From Candidatus Poribacteria bacterium (lineage in GTDB: Bacteria; Poribacteria; WGA-4E; PCPOR2b), in assembly GCA_965198175.1 (NCBI GenBank), contig OZ240245.1, positions 3,104,001 through 3,168,000 on the forward strand: a stretch of 64,000 nt of DNA. Direction: 5' to 3'. Under the pieces are notes generated by a model. That model had not been told where the DNA came from, ran no database searches, and worked only from the letters and a program-made list of their open reading frames with translations. The first letter of the stretch is position 1; every line of letters begins with the position of its first letter. Below, one piece after another: positions 39,420-49,700 of this stretch. A program made the position numbers and the translations under genes.

Positions 39420-39884
39420 CTATGCCTTTTTCTGGATTGGGTGCTCCATCAATTCGAGAACAAACCCGTCCGGATCCTTGAAAAACACCACCTTCACGAT
39501 ACCCCATTCGAGATCGAAGCTGACCGGCTCCGAGATGAACTCGACGCCTTTGGCTTTTAAGGCACTGGAAGTTCCCATCAGGTCCGGCACACCGAAGCAG
39601 AAATGCGAGTGACCGACATCACCCAATTGCGCGTCAGATAGTTTGCCTTGAGGCTTGATGTATTGCTGCAGGTCGAGCAAAATGCCTGGCGTTTCGGGTG
39701 CTTGAAGCCGCACCACCTGCATAACTACATCCGGTTTGCCAGCCATCTCGGAGATAGCTTCGCCTTCAAGCCGATGCCGCTCGACTTCTTCGAGTCCGAG
39801 CAGATCGCAATAGAACGCAAGTGACCGATCCATATCGCTTACAGTTACTGATAAGTGATCGAGGATGTTAACTGAGCTGATCAT
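39420..39884 (-). CDS. VOC/glyoxalase-family protein
   Basis: 'DHLSVTVSDMDRSLAFY.DLLG', 'HFCFGV.D', 'FFKDPDG..LEL'; ATG 39884 after GGAGGT. Confidence 0.88.
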   Translation of the reverse strand: MISSVNILDHLSVTVSDMDRSLAFYCDLLGLEEVERHRLEGEAISEMAGKPDVVMQVVRLQAPETPGILLDLQQYIKPQGKLSDAQLGDVGHSHFCFGVPDLMGTSSALKAKGVEFISEPVSFDLEWGIVKVVFFKDPDGFVLELMEHPIQKKA

Positions 39885-40031
39885 GTGACACCTCCGGCGT
39901 GGACGCTCTGTACCCATTCTGGTAATGAGATAGCATAGCAAACAATGAGGAAAACAACAAGCAAAATAGACAATCGTCATACGGTCTACCCAACTCATCT
40001 TGTTGTTCTGGTATATGAAAATGGCAACCGC

Positions 40032-40060
40032 TTGACTTTACGACGTTTTTGTGGTACGCT
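40032..40060 (+). promoter_or_regulatory. Sigma70-type promoter upstream of obgE
   Basis: TTGACT-17 bp-TACGCT with extended TG. Confidence 0.55.
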
Positions 40061-40252
40061 GTGTATCTAAACAGTTTGTCCAAAGTTTTTTGATAGAATG
40101 GGGAAACGGCTACAGCCGCTCAGTTTTCCGCCACCGATCTCGCGCGTTCCGACAACATTGGTCATGAAAGCTTGTCCGCCTTTTTTTATAGACTGTAATT
40201 ACTGTAATTTTGTGTTCAATGGCGAGTCCGGCTCCCTGTAGTCGCATGTTCT

Positions 40253-40441
40253 TGTAGGTTGGGTTATGGAGAAGACTATCGCCTTCGCTATTCGCTCAGT
40301 TGATCCCTCGCTATTCGCTCAGTTGATCCCTCCCTATTCGGTCGGTTGATCGGATATGATGAAAGATGTGAATAATTAAGCATGGGTTTCGTTGGTTGAA
40401 TGCGTTTGGAAGTTGTTGTGTGTAGCAAAACCCAACCTACA
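40253..40441. repeat. REP-like inverted pair (TGTAGGTTGGGTT/AACCCAACCTACA) enclosing three tandem 23-bp units
   Basis: 13-bp perfect IR at 40253-40265/40429-40441. Units at 40283-40305, 40306-40328 and 40329-40351 (CCTCGCTATTCGCTCAGTTGATC). Confidence 0.8.
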
Positions 40442-40465
40442 TTATAGAGTAGTTCCCCATGAGAG

Positions 40466-41785
40466 GTGTTGGCATTGAATGTAGACACAGCAAAAATTCA
40501 CGTCGTGGGCGGCAAGGGCGGAAACGGCTGCATCAGTTTCCGCAGGGAGAAGTATGTGCCGCGAGGGGGACCTAACGGCGGCGATGGCGGGCGAGGGGGA
40601 AACGTGATTCTCGAAGCGTCGGAAGGGCTGAGCACACTGCTAGATCTCAAATATCAGCCGCGAAAGAGGGCTCCCGACGGGCAACACGGCAGAGGGAAAC
40701 TTAGGCACGGCAAAGAGGCGGAGAACAGGGTTGTAACGGTTCCAGTTGGCACGGTCGTCCGGGCACCCGAAATGGAAGGTGCCCTTGCGGATCTGGAGCG
40801 GCATGGTGAGCGCGTTATCGTTGCGCGAGGCGGTGTTGGCGGGAAGGGGAATGCGCGATTCAAAAGCAGCACTTTTCAAACGCCGCGTGTCGCTGAAAAG
40901 GGTGAGCCCGGCGAAGAACGCTTCATTGAATTAGAGGTAAAAGTCATTGCAGAGGTTGGGCTGGTAGGGTATCCAAACGCAGGCAAATCGACTCTGCTGG
41001 GGAGGGTATCCGATGCGAAGCCGAAAATCGCGAATTATCCGTTTACCACGCTTGCACCCAACTTGGGGGTTGTCCGCATCGGCGCAGCACGAAACTTTGT
41101 CGCTGCCGATATCCCCGGGCTCATCGAAGGGGCGCATACGGGTGCTGGACTGGGGCACGATTTTTTGCGGCATATCGAACGCACAAAGCTGCTTATCCAT
41201 GTCATCGATTGTGCAGCCGTTGATGGGCGCAATCCACTCCAGGATTATGAGCAACTCAACGAGGAGCTCGAGCTGTACAATCCACGATTGGTCCGTATGC
41301 CGCAGTTAATCGCTCTCAACAAAGTGGATTTGCCCAATGCACAGGACTCTTTTCCGCAAATCAGAGAATACTTCGGTAAGCGTCGGATCTTCTCAATTTC
41401 GGCGCTAACCGGAGAAGGGGTGGATGGGTTAATTCGTGCGGCGTACGGACGGCTGCAACGCATTCACGAACGCATTCGTGAAAGGCAGGAGAGCGGCGAT
41501 GTACCTGAGTCTGAGATGATAACGCTGCCGACTTTCCAAAAACAACACGGACGATTTGAACTCTCGAAAGAGGAAGATGGCTTCGTTGTGCGTGGTGAGG
41601 AGCCGCGCCGGGCGGTACTGATGACAGATATGGAAAACGATCAAGCGCTCGTTCTGCTGTACCGCAAGCTCAAAAAAATGGGCGTTATCAATGCCCTAAT
41701 CAGAACTGGCGTTAAAGAAGGAGATACGGTTCAGATTGATGAATTCGAATTTACATACAGTCCCCACGGAATCGACACAGATTGA
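40466..41785 (+). CDS. obgE: GTPase ObgE/CgtA
   Basis: 'GGKGGNGCISFRREKYVP.GGP.GGDGG.GG', GYPNAGKS, 'YPFTT', DIPG, NKVD, C-terminal OCT domain. Confidence 0.96.
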   Translation: MLALNVDTAKIHVVGGKGGNGCISFRREKYVPRGGPNGGDGGRGGNVILEASEGLSTLLDLKYQPRKRAPDGQHGRGKLRHGKEAENRVVTVPVGTVVRAPEMEGALADLERHGERVIVARGGVGGKGNARFKSSTFQTPRVAEKGEPGEERFIELEVKVIAEVGLVGYPNAGKSTLLGRVSDAKPKIANYPFTTLAPNLGVVRIGAARNFVAADIPGLIEGAHTGAGLGHDFLRHIERTKLLIHVIDCAAVDGRNPLQDYEQLNEELELYNPRLVRMPQLIALNKVDLPNAQDSFPQIREYFGKRRIFSISALTGEGVDGLIRAAYGRLQRIHERIRERQESGDVPESEMITLPTFQKQHGRFELSKEEDGFVVRGEEPRRAVLMTDMENDQALVLLYRKLKKMGVINALIRTGVKEGDTVQIDEFEFTYSPHGIDTD

Positions 41786-42905
41786 AAGACACGAGCTATT
41801 GTCGCGTGTCACACGGGTGGTAGTCAAAGTTGGCAGCAGAGTCATCTCTCAAAATTACAATCTCAATCCGAGCAGTATTGATAGACTTGTGGACGATCTT
41901 GCAACGGTGAAACATAAAGGGATAGAGGTTATCCTCGTTTCTTCGGGCGCAATTGCAGCGGGCACCGGCAAGCTTTTCCAACAGCGCCCGCAAACGATTC
42001 CCGGTCTTCAGGCGGCAGCGGCAGTTGGACAGAGCCACCTGATGCACGCCTATGACCAGCGGTTCCAGCGGCATGACCTAATCACGGCGATGATGCTCCT
42101 GACGCAGGACGACTTCAGTTTCCGTGAGCGCTATACGCACATCAGCGACGCCCTCGGTACCTTGTTGCAACTTGGGGTTATCCCAATTATCAATGAGAAT
42201 GACTCTGTTGCTGTGGAGGAGATTAAGTTTGGTGACAATGACACGCTGTCAGCCCAAGTCACCAATCTCGCTGAGGCTGACCTGCTGATAATTCTATCGG
42301 ATCAGGATGGGTTTCACACCCAAGATCCCCGCAAACATTCCAACGCCGAGTTTATCAGCGTTGTGCCGGCAATTACAGAGACGCTCCAGCGTTCTGCCGG
42401 CGGAGCGGGCAGCACCGATGGGACAGGCGGGATGATCACGAAGCTACATGCAGCAGAAATTGTGACAGGATCGGGCGAGATTATGGTGCTTGCGAACGGA
42501 AGCCAGCCCGCAGTCGTCAGTCGTATTCTCGCGGGCGAGGCAATCGGAACACTTTTCCTGCCGCAACAGCGGATATCCGCCCGCAAACGCTGGATTGCCT
42601 ATTCACGCCTGCCTAGAGGGACGCTGTGGGTCGATAACGGCGCCCGTGACACGCTGAATCAACGCGGCAAGAGTCTGCTTCCGTCCGGTTTGCGTAAGGT
42701 AGAAGGCGATTTTGAATACGGCGACACGCTCTCCTGCATTGATGAAAATGGGAATGAGTTTGCCAGAGGGCTTGCGAATTACAATAAGCAAGAAGTTGTT
42801 CACATTATGGGCAAACATACCAGTGAAATCAAAAAGATTCTCGGCTATCACCATTACGACGAGGTGATTCATCGAGACAATCTCGTTTTGATTAAGGAGG
42901 CGTGA
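41736..42905 (+). CDS. proB: Glutamate 5-kinase with PUA domain (exact start uncertain)
   Basis: 'VVVKVGS', 'VSSGAIAAG', 'QAAAAVGQ', 'NENDSV...EIKFGDND.L', 'GTGGM.TK', 'KSLLP.G', 'IHRDNL'. Confidence 0.95.
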   Translation: MMNSNLHTVPTESTQIERHELLSRVTRVVVKVGSRVISQNYNLNPSSIDRLVDDLATVKHKGIEVILVSSGAIAAGTGKLFQQRPQTIPGLQAAAAVGQSHLMHAYDQRFQRHDLITAMMLLTQDDFSFRERYTHISDALGTLLQLGVIPIINENDSVAVEEIKFGDNDTLSAQVTNLAEADLLIILSDQDGFHTQDPRKHSNAEFISVVPAITETLQRSAGGAGSTDGTGGMITKLHAAEIVTGSGEIMVLANGSQPAVVSRILAGEAIGTLFLPQQRISARKRWIAYSRLPRGTLWVDNGARDTLNQRGKSLLPSGLRKVEGDFEYGDTLSCIDENGNEFARGLANYNKQEVVHIMGKHTSEIKKILGYHHYDEVIHRDNLVLIKEA

Positions 42906-43086
42906 GGAGGAAAACATTCGTAAATGGAGGCTCGCAACTTTGCGTTAAGATTTGAAACGCCGATAGTCGGTATGAATGAACATATAATTTCATTAACGAA
43001 CGACTCAGACTGTAAACGTCGGGGAGCCGATACATCGTATTCAAGCTGAGATTCAAACGCAGACAAACACTCAATAAGGAGAAGAT

Positions 43087-44352
43087 TTGATGGATCAAAC
43101 GATTCAGGACATGATCCAGTCGAAAGCCCAAGCTGCTAAGGATTCCATGCGCAACTTGTCCAGAGCTTCTGTTGATGTGCGCAACGGCGCTCTGTTGGCA
43201 ATGGCAGATAGCATTTTGGCGTTCAAAGATAAGATTCGAGAAGCCAACCAGATTGACTTGGAGAACGGACGAAAGACTGGACTCGCCGAGCCGCTCATGA
43301 AACGGCTGCTTGTGGACGATAAGAAGATTGCGAGAATGGCAGATAATTTGAGGCAGGTTGCCGGGTTGCCGGACCCGATTGGCGAAATGACGCGCATGTG
43401 GGAACGCCCCAATGGACTGCGGATTGGTATAGTCCGTGTGCCGATCGGGGTCGTCGGTGTAATCTACGAATCGCGTCCAGATGTCACCGTCGAAGTGTCT
43501 GCTTTGTGCGTCAAATCCGGCAACGGGGTAATTTTGCGCGGAGGGTCGGAGGCGATACGTTCCAACACAACGCTTGCCAATATATTAAGCGAAACCGCAG
43601 AAAGGGAGGGCATCAAAGACGCCATCCAGTTTGTAGGCATTACGGATCGACAGGCAGTGAGAGAGATGATTGCGCTACCGGAACACATCGATCTAATTGT
43701 GCCGCGCGGCAGTTATGAATTGGTGCGTTCCCTCATGAGAGAATCGGAGATTCCTGTACTCGGACATGCGGACGGGGTCTGCCATGTTTATGTAGATGAA
43801 GCTGCTAATCCCGACATGGCAGAACAGATTTGCTTCAACGCAAAGGTCGGTTATAAGGTCGCCGTCTGTAACACGATGGAGACACTGCTGGTCCACGAGC
43901 GAATCGCTCGGCAATTCCTACCACCAATGTGCGAGCGGTTCGCAGCCGATGGCGTTGAACTTCGCGGCTGCGAGAAGACGCAGCAGTCGTGTTCCGATGC
44001 CATCCCTGCGACCGAAGCGGATTGGCGGACAGAATACCTCGACAAAATCTTGTCAATCCGAGTTGTCTCAGACTTCGACGAGGCGGTGGAGCACATCGAA
44101 ACCTACGGTTCTCACCATTCGGATTCGATTGTCACAGAAAACTATGCCGCGGCGCAGCGTTTTCTCAAGGAGGTTGATTCTGCTGCTGTCTACGTCAACG
44201 CGAGTACCGCATTCACCGACGGATACGAATTTGGACTCGGTGCGGAGGTCGGCATCAGCACCCAGAAGCTGCACTGCCGAGGTCCTATGGGGCTTGAAGG
44301 GTTGACGAGCTACAAGTACATCATCTACGGAAACGGGCAGGTTCGAACTTAG
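43087..44352 (+). CDS. proA: Gamma-glutamyl phosphate reductase
   Basis: 'VPIGV.G.IYESRP', 'KSGN..ILRGGSEA', 'CNTMET', 'NASTAFTDG.EFGLGAE.GIST.KLH.RGPMGL'. Confidence 0.96.
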   Translation: MMDQTIQDMIQSKAQAAKDSMRNLSRASVDVRNGALLAMADSILAFKDKIREANQIDLENGRKTGLAEPLMKRLLVDDKKIARMADNLRQVAGLPDPIGEMTRMWERPNGLRIGIVRVPIGVVGVIYESRPDVTVEVSALCVKSGNGVILRGGSEAIRSNTTLANILSETAEREGIKDAIQFVGITDRQAVREMIALPEHIDLIVPRGSYELVRSLMRESEIPVLGHADGVCHVYVDEAANPDMAEQICFNAKVGYKVAVCNTMETLLVHERIARQFLPPMCERFAADGVELRGCEKTQQSCSDAIPATEADWRTEYLDKILSIRVVSDFDEAVEHIETYGSHHSDSIVTENYAAAQRFLKEVDSAAVYVNASTAFTDGYEFGLGAEVGISTQKLHCRGPMGLEGLTSYKYIIYGNGQVRT

Positions 44353-44367
44353 GTCAGAATGGCTTAC

Positions 44368-45198
44368 TTACGCTCTACGCCGTCTCCGTTTTCGTGGTAG
44401 CGGAGTAGGTGTTGGCACATTCTCCGCCTCTGCAGGGATGGGTTGATGTGTAGCCCAGTAGATGAGCCACCCGCCAATCCCAACGAGCACAAGACTGAGG
44501 ATTTGGGCGGTGGTCAGACCGAAAAGAGCGGGGTAATTGATCCGCCAGAATTCCGCTAGGAAGCGTTCAACCCCCGCCAAGATGAGATAGCCGCCAGTCA
44601 TCCACCCTGGTGTCATCTCCTTCTCTTTGCGGAACGTCCACAGCAGACCAAAACCGATGAGCGACATCCCCGTTTCATAAAGCGGCGTTGGGTGGACCGG
44701 CACATCGATCGGAACCGTGCCGTTCGGGAACGCCATCGCCCAAGGTAAATCCGACGGTCCCCCGTAATCTCCATCCCCGGCGAGAAAACAGCCGATGCGT
44801 CCAATTCCATATCCGAGCAGAAACAGAGGTGCGAATGCATCGAGCACCGGAAGAGTTGGACTCGACGATCGATGAAGGACGAAAAACGCAGCCGCAGCCC
44901 CGCCAATCATGCCGCCGTACCAGACTAACCCGCTGGTCGAAAACAGTTCGCTGACCGAGAAACTGCCATCCTCGAACGCCGCGTAGAGTTTCGCTCCGAT
45001 GATGCCCCCAACCGCGCTGGCAAAGACAATCGATGACGCCAATTGAGAGTCAAGTTGTTTGCGCGCCAATTCCCGCTGCGCAATGAACATTACGGTTAAG
45101 AATGCTGTCGCCAGCATCAGCCCATAACTATGTATCGCGAGCGGAATGTCAATGGGTCCAAGCCGGATTGATCCCAAATTGATGATTGTCGGGTACAC
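44368..45198 (-). CDS. lgt: Prolipoprotein diacylglyceryl transferase
   Basis: 'SYGLM', 'GLVWYGG', 'GRIGCFL.GDG.YG', 'HPTPLYE', 'ERFL.EF.R'; GTG start at 45198. Confidence 0.9.
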   Translation of the reverse strand: MYPTIINLGSIRLGPIDIPLAIHSYGLMLATAFLTVMFIAQRELARKQLDSQLASSIVFASAVGGIIGAKLYAAFEDGSFSVSELFSTSGLVWYGGMIGGAAAAFFVLHRSSSPTLPVLDAFAPLFLLGYGIGRIGCFLAGDGDYGGPSDLPWAMAFPNGTVPIDVPVHPTPLYETGMSLIGFGLLWTFRKEKEMTPGWMTGGYLILAGVERFLAEFWRINYPALFGLTTAQILSLVLVGIGGWLIYWATHQPIPAEAENVPTPTPLPRKRRRRRA

Positions 45199-45449
45199 TG
45201 TCTGCCTTTCAGTTTTGAAGGACTTAGTTTGTTTCGCGTAATTTATGTGGCTTAAGCCCGGCGCTTTGCAACTTCTCATGGTCGGACTTTGAATGGTGTG
45301 TTCGTGGGAATTGAGTTCAGTGCGCCACTACAGCATTTCAACGGCTCTAGCGTGAAGATTCGACACCGCGTCAGATGGGATGTGATTACAAAACTTCGGA
45401 CGATACGTAATGGTTGGGGTGATTTCCGAAAACCGGGTGTGTCGAAACC

Positions 45450-46388
45450 TTAGAAATTTAAGATAAGCGAAAATCGATGCGTGGGTCCAAGCTTTCCGAA
45501 GGAGACAAAGGCGTAGTCAAGCTGGAATCCTTCGATACTAAATCCAATTCCAGCGGTAATTCCGGATGAAACTCCCAAATCGTTGCCGCCAAGGGTGTGT
45601 TTGTAACCGGAGCGCAGATGAAGCAATTGAGACACCGTCAGCGCAGTTCCGAATCCGACCGTGATGTCATTATCAGAAGGGCGATTTACATCAGCGGCAA
45701 TGGTGAACGCATCATTGAGCAATTTATAGGCTGCACCCACCTTGATGTTGACCGGCAGATTAAAAGACTCCTCGACAAACTTCACTTTGCCGCCGAGGTG
45801 TTGGATGTTTAAACCGAACGTGAGAGGTCTCTTGGGAACGGTGTACAACCCACCCACGTCGAATGCGATGACTTGGGCGTTGGTGTCGTCGATCTGCTCG
45901 CGAATCCATTTTCCATTGACTCCGACCGAAAACGCAGATGCAAACTGGCGGGCATAGGAGAGGATGAGTGCAAGGTCATAGGGTCGGAACTTTTTCGTTT
46001 CTTTGCCGCTCGCGTCACGCCCTTGCAGTTCGCCAAAGTCGAGGAAGATTGCGCTGCCGCCGAAAGCGCCCGCGTCACCAATCGGTTGCACAAACCCAAA
46101 AAACTCGTGATTAATGCCTTCAAACCATTCGTTGTGCATCAAGCCTATCTGCGGACGTTTAACCCTCGCAAGCCCCGCCGGATTCCAGAACGAAGCGTAC
46201 AAATCGTTCGCATCAGCGACTTGAGATTCGCCCATCCCGATTGCGCGTGCCCCAATGCCAATCTTCAGAAACGGCATTGCGCGTGTCCCCGCGTTCGGGT
46301 GAATGTCCGCTCCGTGGGCGGCAACCCACGGTTGCAATGTCGTCAAACATACAACAGCGGCAATGACGAATCGCTTATACCCTGGCAA
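45450..46388 (-). CDS. PorV/PorQ-family outer-membrane beta-barrel protein
   Basis: Signal peptide; 'FLKIG.GARA.GMGE', 'FWNPAGL', 'DYAF..FG.LG.THRFSL'; terminal Phe. TTG start after AGGAGG. Confidence 0.8.
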   Translation of the reverse strand: MPGYKRFVIAAVVCLTTLQPWVAAHGADIHPNAGTRAMPFLKIGIGARAIGMGESQVADANDLYASFWNPAGLARVKRPQIGLMHNEWFEGINHEFFGFVQPIGDAGAFGGSAIFLDFGELQGRDASGKETKKFRPYDLALILSYARQFASAFSVGVNGKWIREQIDDTNAQVIAFDVGGLYTVPKRPLTFGLNIQHLGGKVKFVEESFNLPVNIKVGAAYKLLNDAFTIAADVNRPSDNDITVGFGTALTVSQLLHLRSGYKHTLGGNDLGVSSGITAGIGFSIEGFQLDYAFVSFGKLGPTHRFSLILNF

Positions 46389-46723
46389 CTCTGCCCTCCT
46401 CGTTTCCGTAAAGAAACCTATAACTACGAATATCCTCATTATAACGTTGTAGGCGGGCTTTGTCAACACAAATTTGGGATGCGCTCTCAACCATTTTTTT
46501 TATCAGAGTGTATCCAGTATAGTTATGTAAGACACTGCTGCGAGGGGGTGGTTCAACCTATTCTTCATTATGAATTGGACTCACCGCTTCAGGGCGTATC
46601 GGGGCAATCACCAAAAACTGGTAGATTTTGCCATCCGTTTGTGCTACTATATAATATATACTAAACAAAGGCAACAATCTCCCACACATACCGATCTGAT
46701 TTTCGACGAGGGATCCGCAAGAA

Positions 46724-49700
46724 ATGCAGAGAACAAACCGACCGAGCACAGATGCATTGCGGCAAGCGATTGACATCTACCGCGATGCTATGCGCCCGTT
46801 CATCGTCCGTCAATTGAAACGAGTTCAGGGGGCGAGCGTCGAAGACTTAATTGAGCGTGGGTTGGGCGATCGTCAGGCGGATGAGTTTCGTCGCAGGGTG
46901 ACCGAAAACGGCGACATCGAAGCCGCAATTGACCTCAACTATTTTCCAAAAGTGTTTCGAGACAACTGGCGCGGGGCATTCGCACAGCAATTCAAGGACG
47001 ATTCAACCGTTCAGAACACGCTGTGGGTGATAAAGGCGGCGAGAGACCAGATTGCACATCCAGGCAGCGAGGACATAGACCCAGAGTACACAAGGGCGCG
47101 CCTGTATGATATTGCCGATCTGCTCGGACGAATAAATGCGCCGGAGCAGAAACAGACAGTAGAGGCGATTCGCGATAATCTCTTCGCCAGACCTGAGAGC
47201 GGAGAGCAGCCGGATTCGATTCCGCCAGATGAGGAATCCCAAACGCCTTCAATAGAATCCCAGGAAAACCAAGACAGCTTACAACGCCCTTCATCGAACA
47301 ATCTGACACCGTGGCGTGACATCATCCGCCCCAACAACGATGTCGCGCTTGGCACTTTTCAAGAGGCAGAGTTCGCGGCGGACCTTCAGCAGGTACACGA
47401 CGGACGCGCCGATGCGACAGGGTACGGCAATCCGGTCAGTTTCTTCAACCAAACCTACATCACCCCCGGCATCCGCACGCTATTGGTCAATGCCCTCAAG
47501 AGGCTCGGCGGCAATGGCGGCGACCCGGTTATTCAGACAAAAACCGGATTCGGGGGCGGAAAGACCCATAGTCTCATCGCGCTCTACCATCTCGTCAAGA
47601 GTACCGACGCGCTCTTAAATCCGCCGCCAGACCGTGACGAGCACCAGCGCACGAGCAAAGAGATAAACAGCATGATGCAGGAAGCAGCATGGGACTCAAC
47701 CGCCGCCAGACCCCGCGTCGCTGTGATTGATGGTTCCTACCTTGCTCAAACCGACCTGACCGCAACTAAAGAGACGGGCGATCCGCTAAACACGCTGTGG
47801 GGCGTGATGGCTTACCAACTTGGCGGACAGGATGCCTACGAAATTGTCGGAGGGGCATCGCGGGGTGGCACAGCACCTGGTGGAAGCCAACTCGACCAGC
47901 TCTTTGAATACGTTGGTCCGTGCGTCATCCTGATGGACGAGCTTGTGGCATACGTACGGAACGCAGGTGACGCCAAAGACAACATCTATACCTTTATACA
48001 AGCTCTCACCCAATCGGTTCGGAGAAGTAGCAACGCTGTGCTTGTCGTCACCCTACCGGAGAGTGCCGTCGAAGCAGGTGCTGAAGGGGGCGCAGACGCG
48101 CTCAACAGGCTGGACAGCATCCTAAGCCGTATTGAGTCTAAGTGGGAGCCATTAGAGATAAATGAAACGTTTGAGGTTGTGCGACGGAGGCTCTTCGGTA
48201 GAGTCAGGGATGAAGCAGCAAGAAATCGAGTCTGCGAAGTTTTCTCGCGGATGTATGCCAATTCACGCCGAGATTACCCTCAAGAAGTTAGCGAGCCGCG
48301 TTACTTGGACCGCATGAAGGCGTGTTACCCAATCCACCCGGAGATATTCGATCGGCTCTATTCGGACTGGTCTTCCATTCCCGGATTTCAGCGCACACGC
48401 GGAGTGCTTCGGATGATGGCGAACTGTATCAGCCGTTTATATCTCAGAGGGGACGCCTCACCGCTGATTATGCCTGCCAACCTCACCCTCGACGACCCGG
48501 CACTGTCAAATGAATTCCTGCCGCTGCTAGATGGCGAGTGGCGTCCTGTCCTGACGGAGATAGACAGTGATGGTTCCCGAACTGACAACATCGACAGAAA
48601 CATTCAGAGATTCTCCAATATCGGGGGCGCAGCACGTCGTCTCGCCCGCACTGTATTTCTCGGCAGTGCTGCCAGCGGTGCCGTGCGCGGCATTGACGAC
48701 CGTCAAATTCATCTAGGAGTTGTGGAACCCGGGCAGGGTGTTTCGGTGTATAAAGAAGCACTCGGGCGGATGAACGGCGCCCTGTATTACCTTTACAACA
48801 GCGATAACAGATACTACTTCCACGCGGAGGAAAACTTAAACAAGGTCGCAACCGACCGCGCCGATACACTCAGTGACCGGGACGTGGAGGAGTGCATAAT
48901 CGCTCAACTGCAGGAAGCGGTTGGGGCTGGACGCCGGCGACGCGCCGATGTCGTTGTCTGCCCGCAGAATTCCGACGATGTGAGAGACTGGGATTTAGTA
49001 CAGTTAGTCATTCTACCGCCCAGCAAATTTTTGCCCTCCCGCTCTAGTGACAGCGATGAAGCCACACCAGCAGCACGGGACATCCTACTAAACCGCGGCG
49101 ATGCGCCCCGCATCCACAGGAACACGATTCTCTTTTTGACAGCGAAGAACGACGACATTCGCGCACTTAGAAACATCGTCAAGACCTATCTTGCATGGGA
49201 TTCCATCATCAACACCGACCGCCGCATTGAGAGTCTTACCGGAGACCGCCTGCAGCAAGCCGTCAACACCGTGCGCAGCGCCAAAACGCAACTGTCGCAA
49301 GCACTCGTCCGGGCGTATCGTTGGGGGATAGCGCCGTCACAACCGAACCCGCAGGAGGCAAGTTACGGGATATCCACCTTCCCAACAAACACCGCAGAAA
49401 CAGGTGACATCGTTGACAGCGCGATGCGAAAGTTCATTGAGGCAGAAGCACTCGTTGATGAGATTTCACCATCAGCCCTAGTGAGCATGATGCAGCGCTA
49501 CGTATGGAGCAGCCCGAATTACAGCGACCACATCGGCGTAGATGGTCTGTGGGAACTGATGACAAGGAATGTATATCTGCATCGCCTGAGAAACAGAGAC
49601 GTTCTGGTTAGATGCGTCGCCCAAGGTGTGCTGGAACGCAAATTCGGATGCGCCGAAGCCTACAACGGTGAGAAATACGAGGGTATGTGCTTTGGTGAAC

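Noticed and set aside
40283..40351. 23-bp tandem repeats as a CRISPR array
   Set aside because: Units are contiguous with no spacers, and there are no cas genes in the window.
45873..46664. 263-aa plus-strand ORF
   Set aside because: Antisense to the PorV-like gene with no recognisable motifs.
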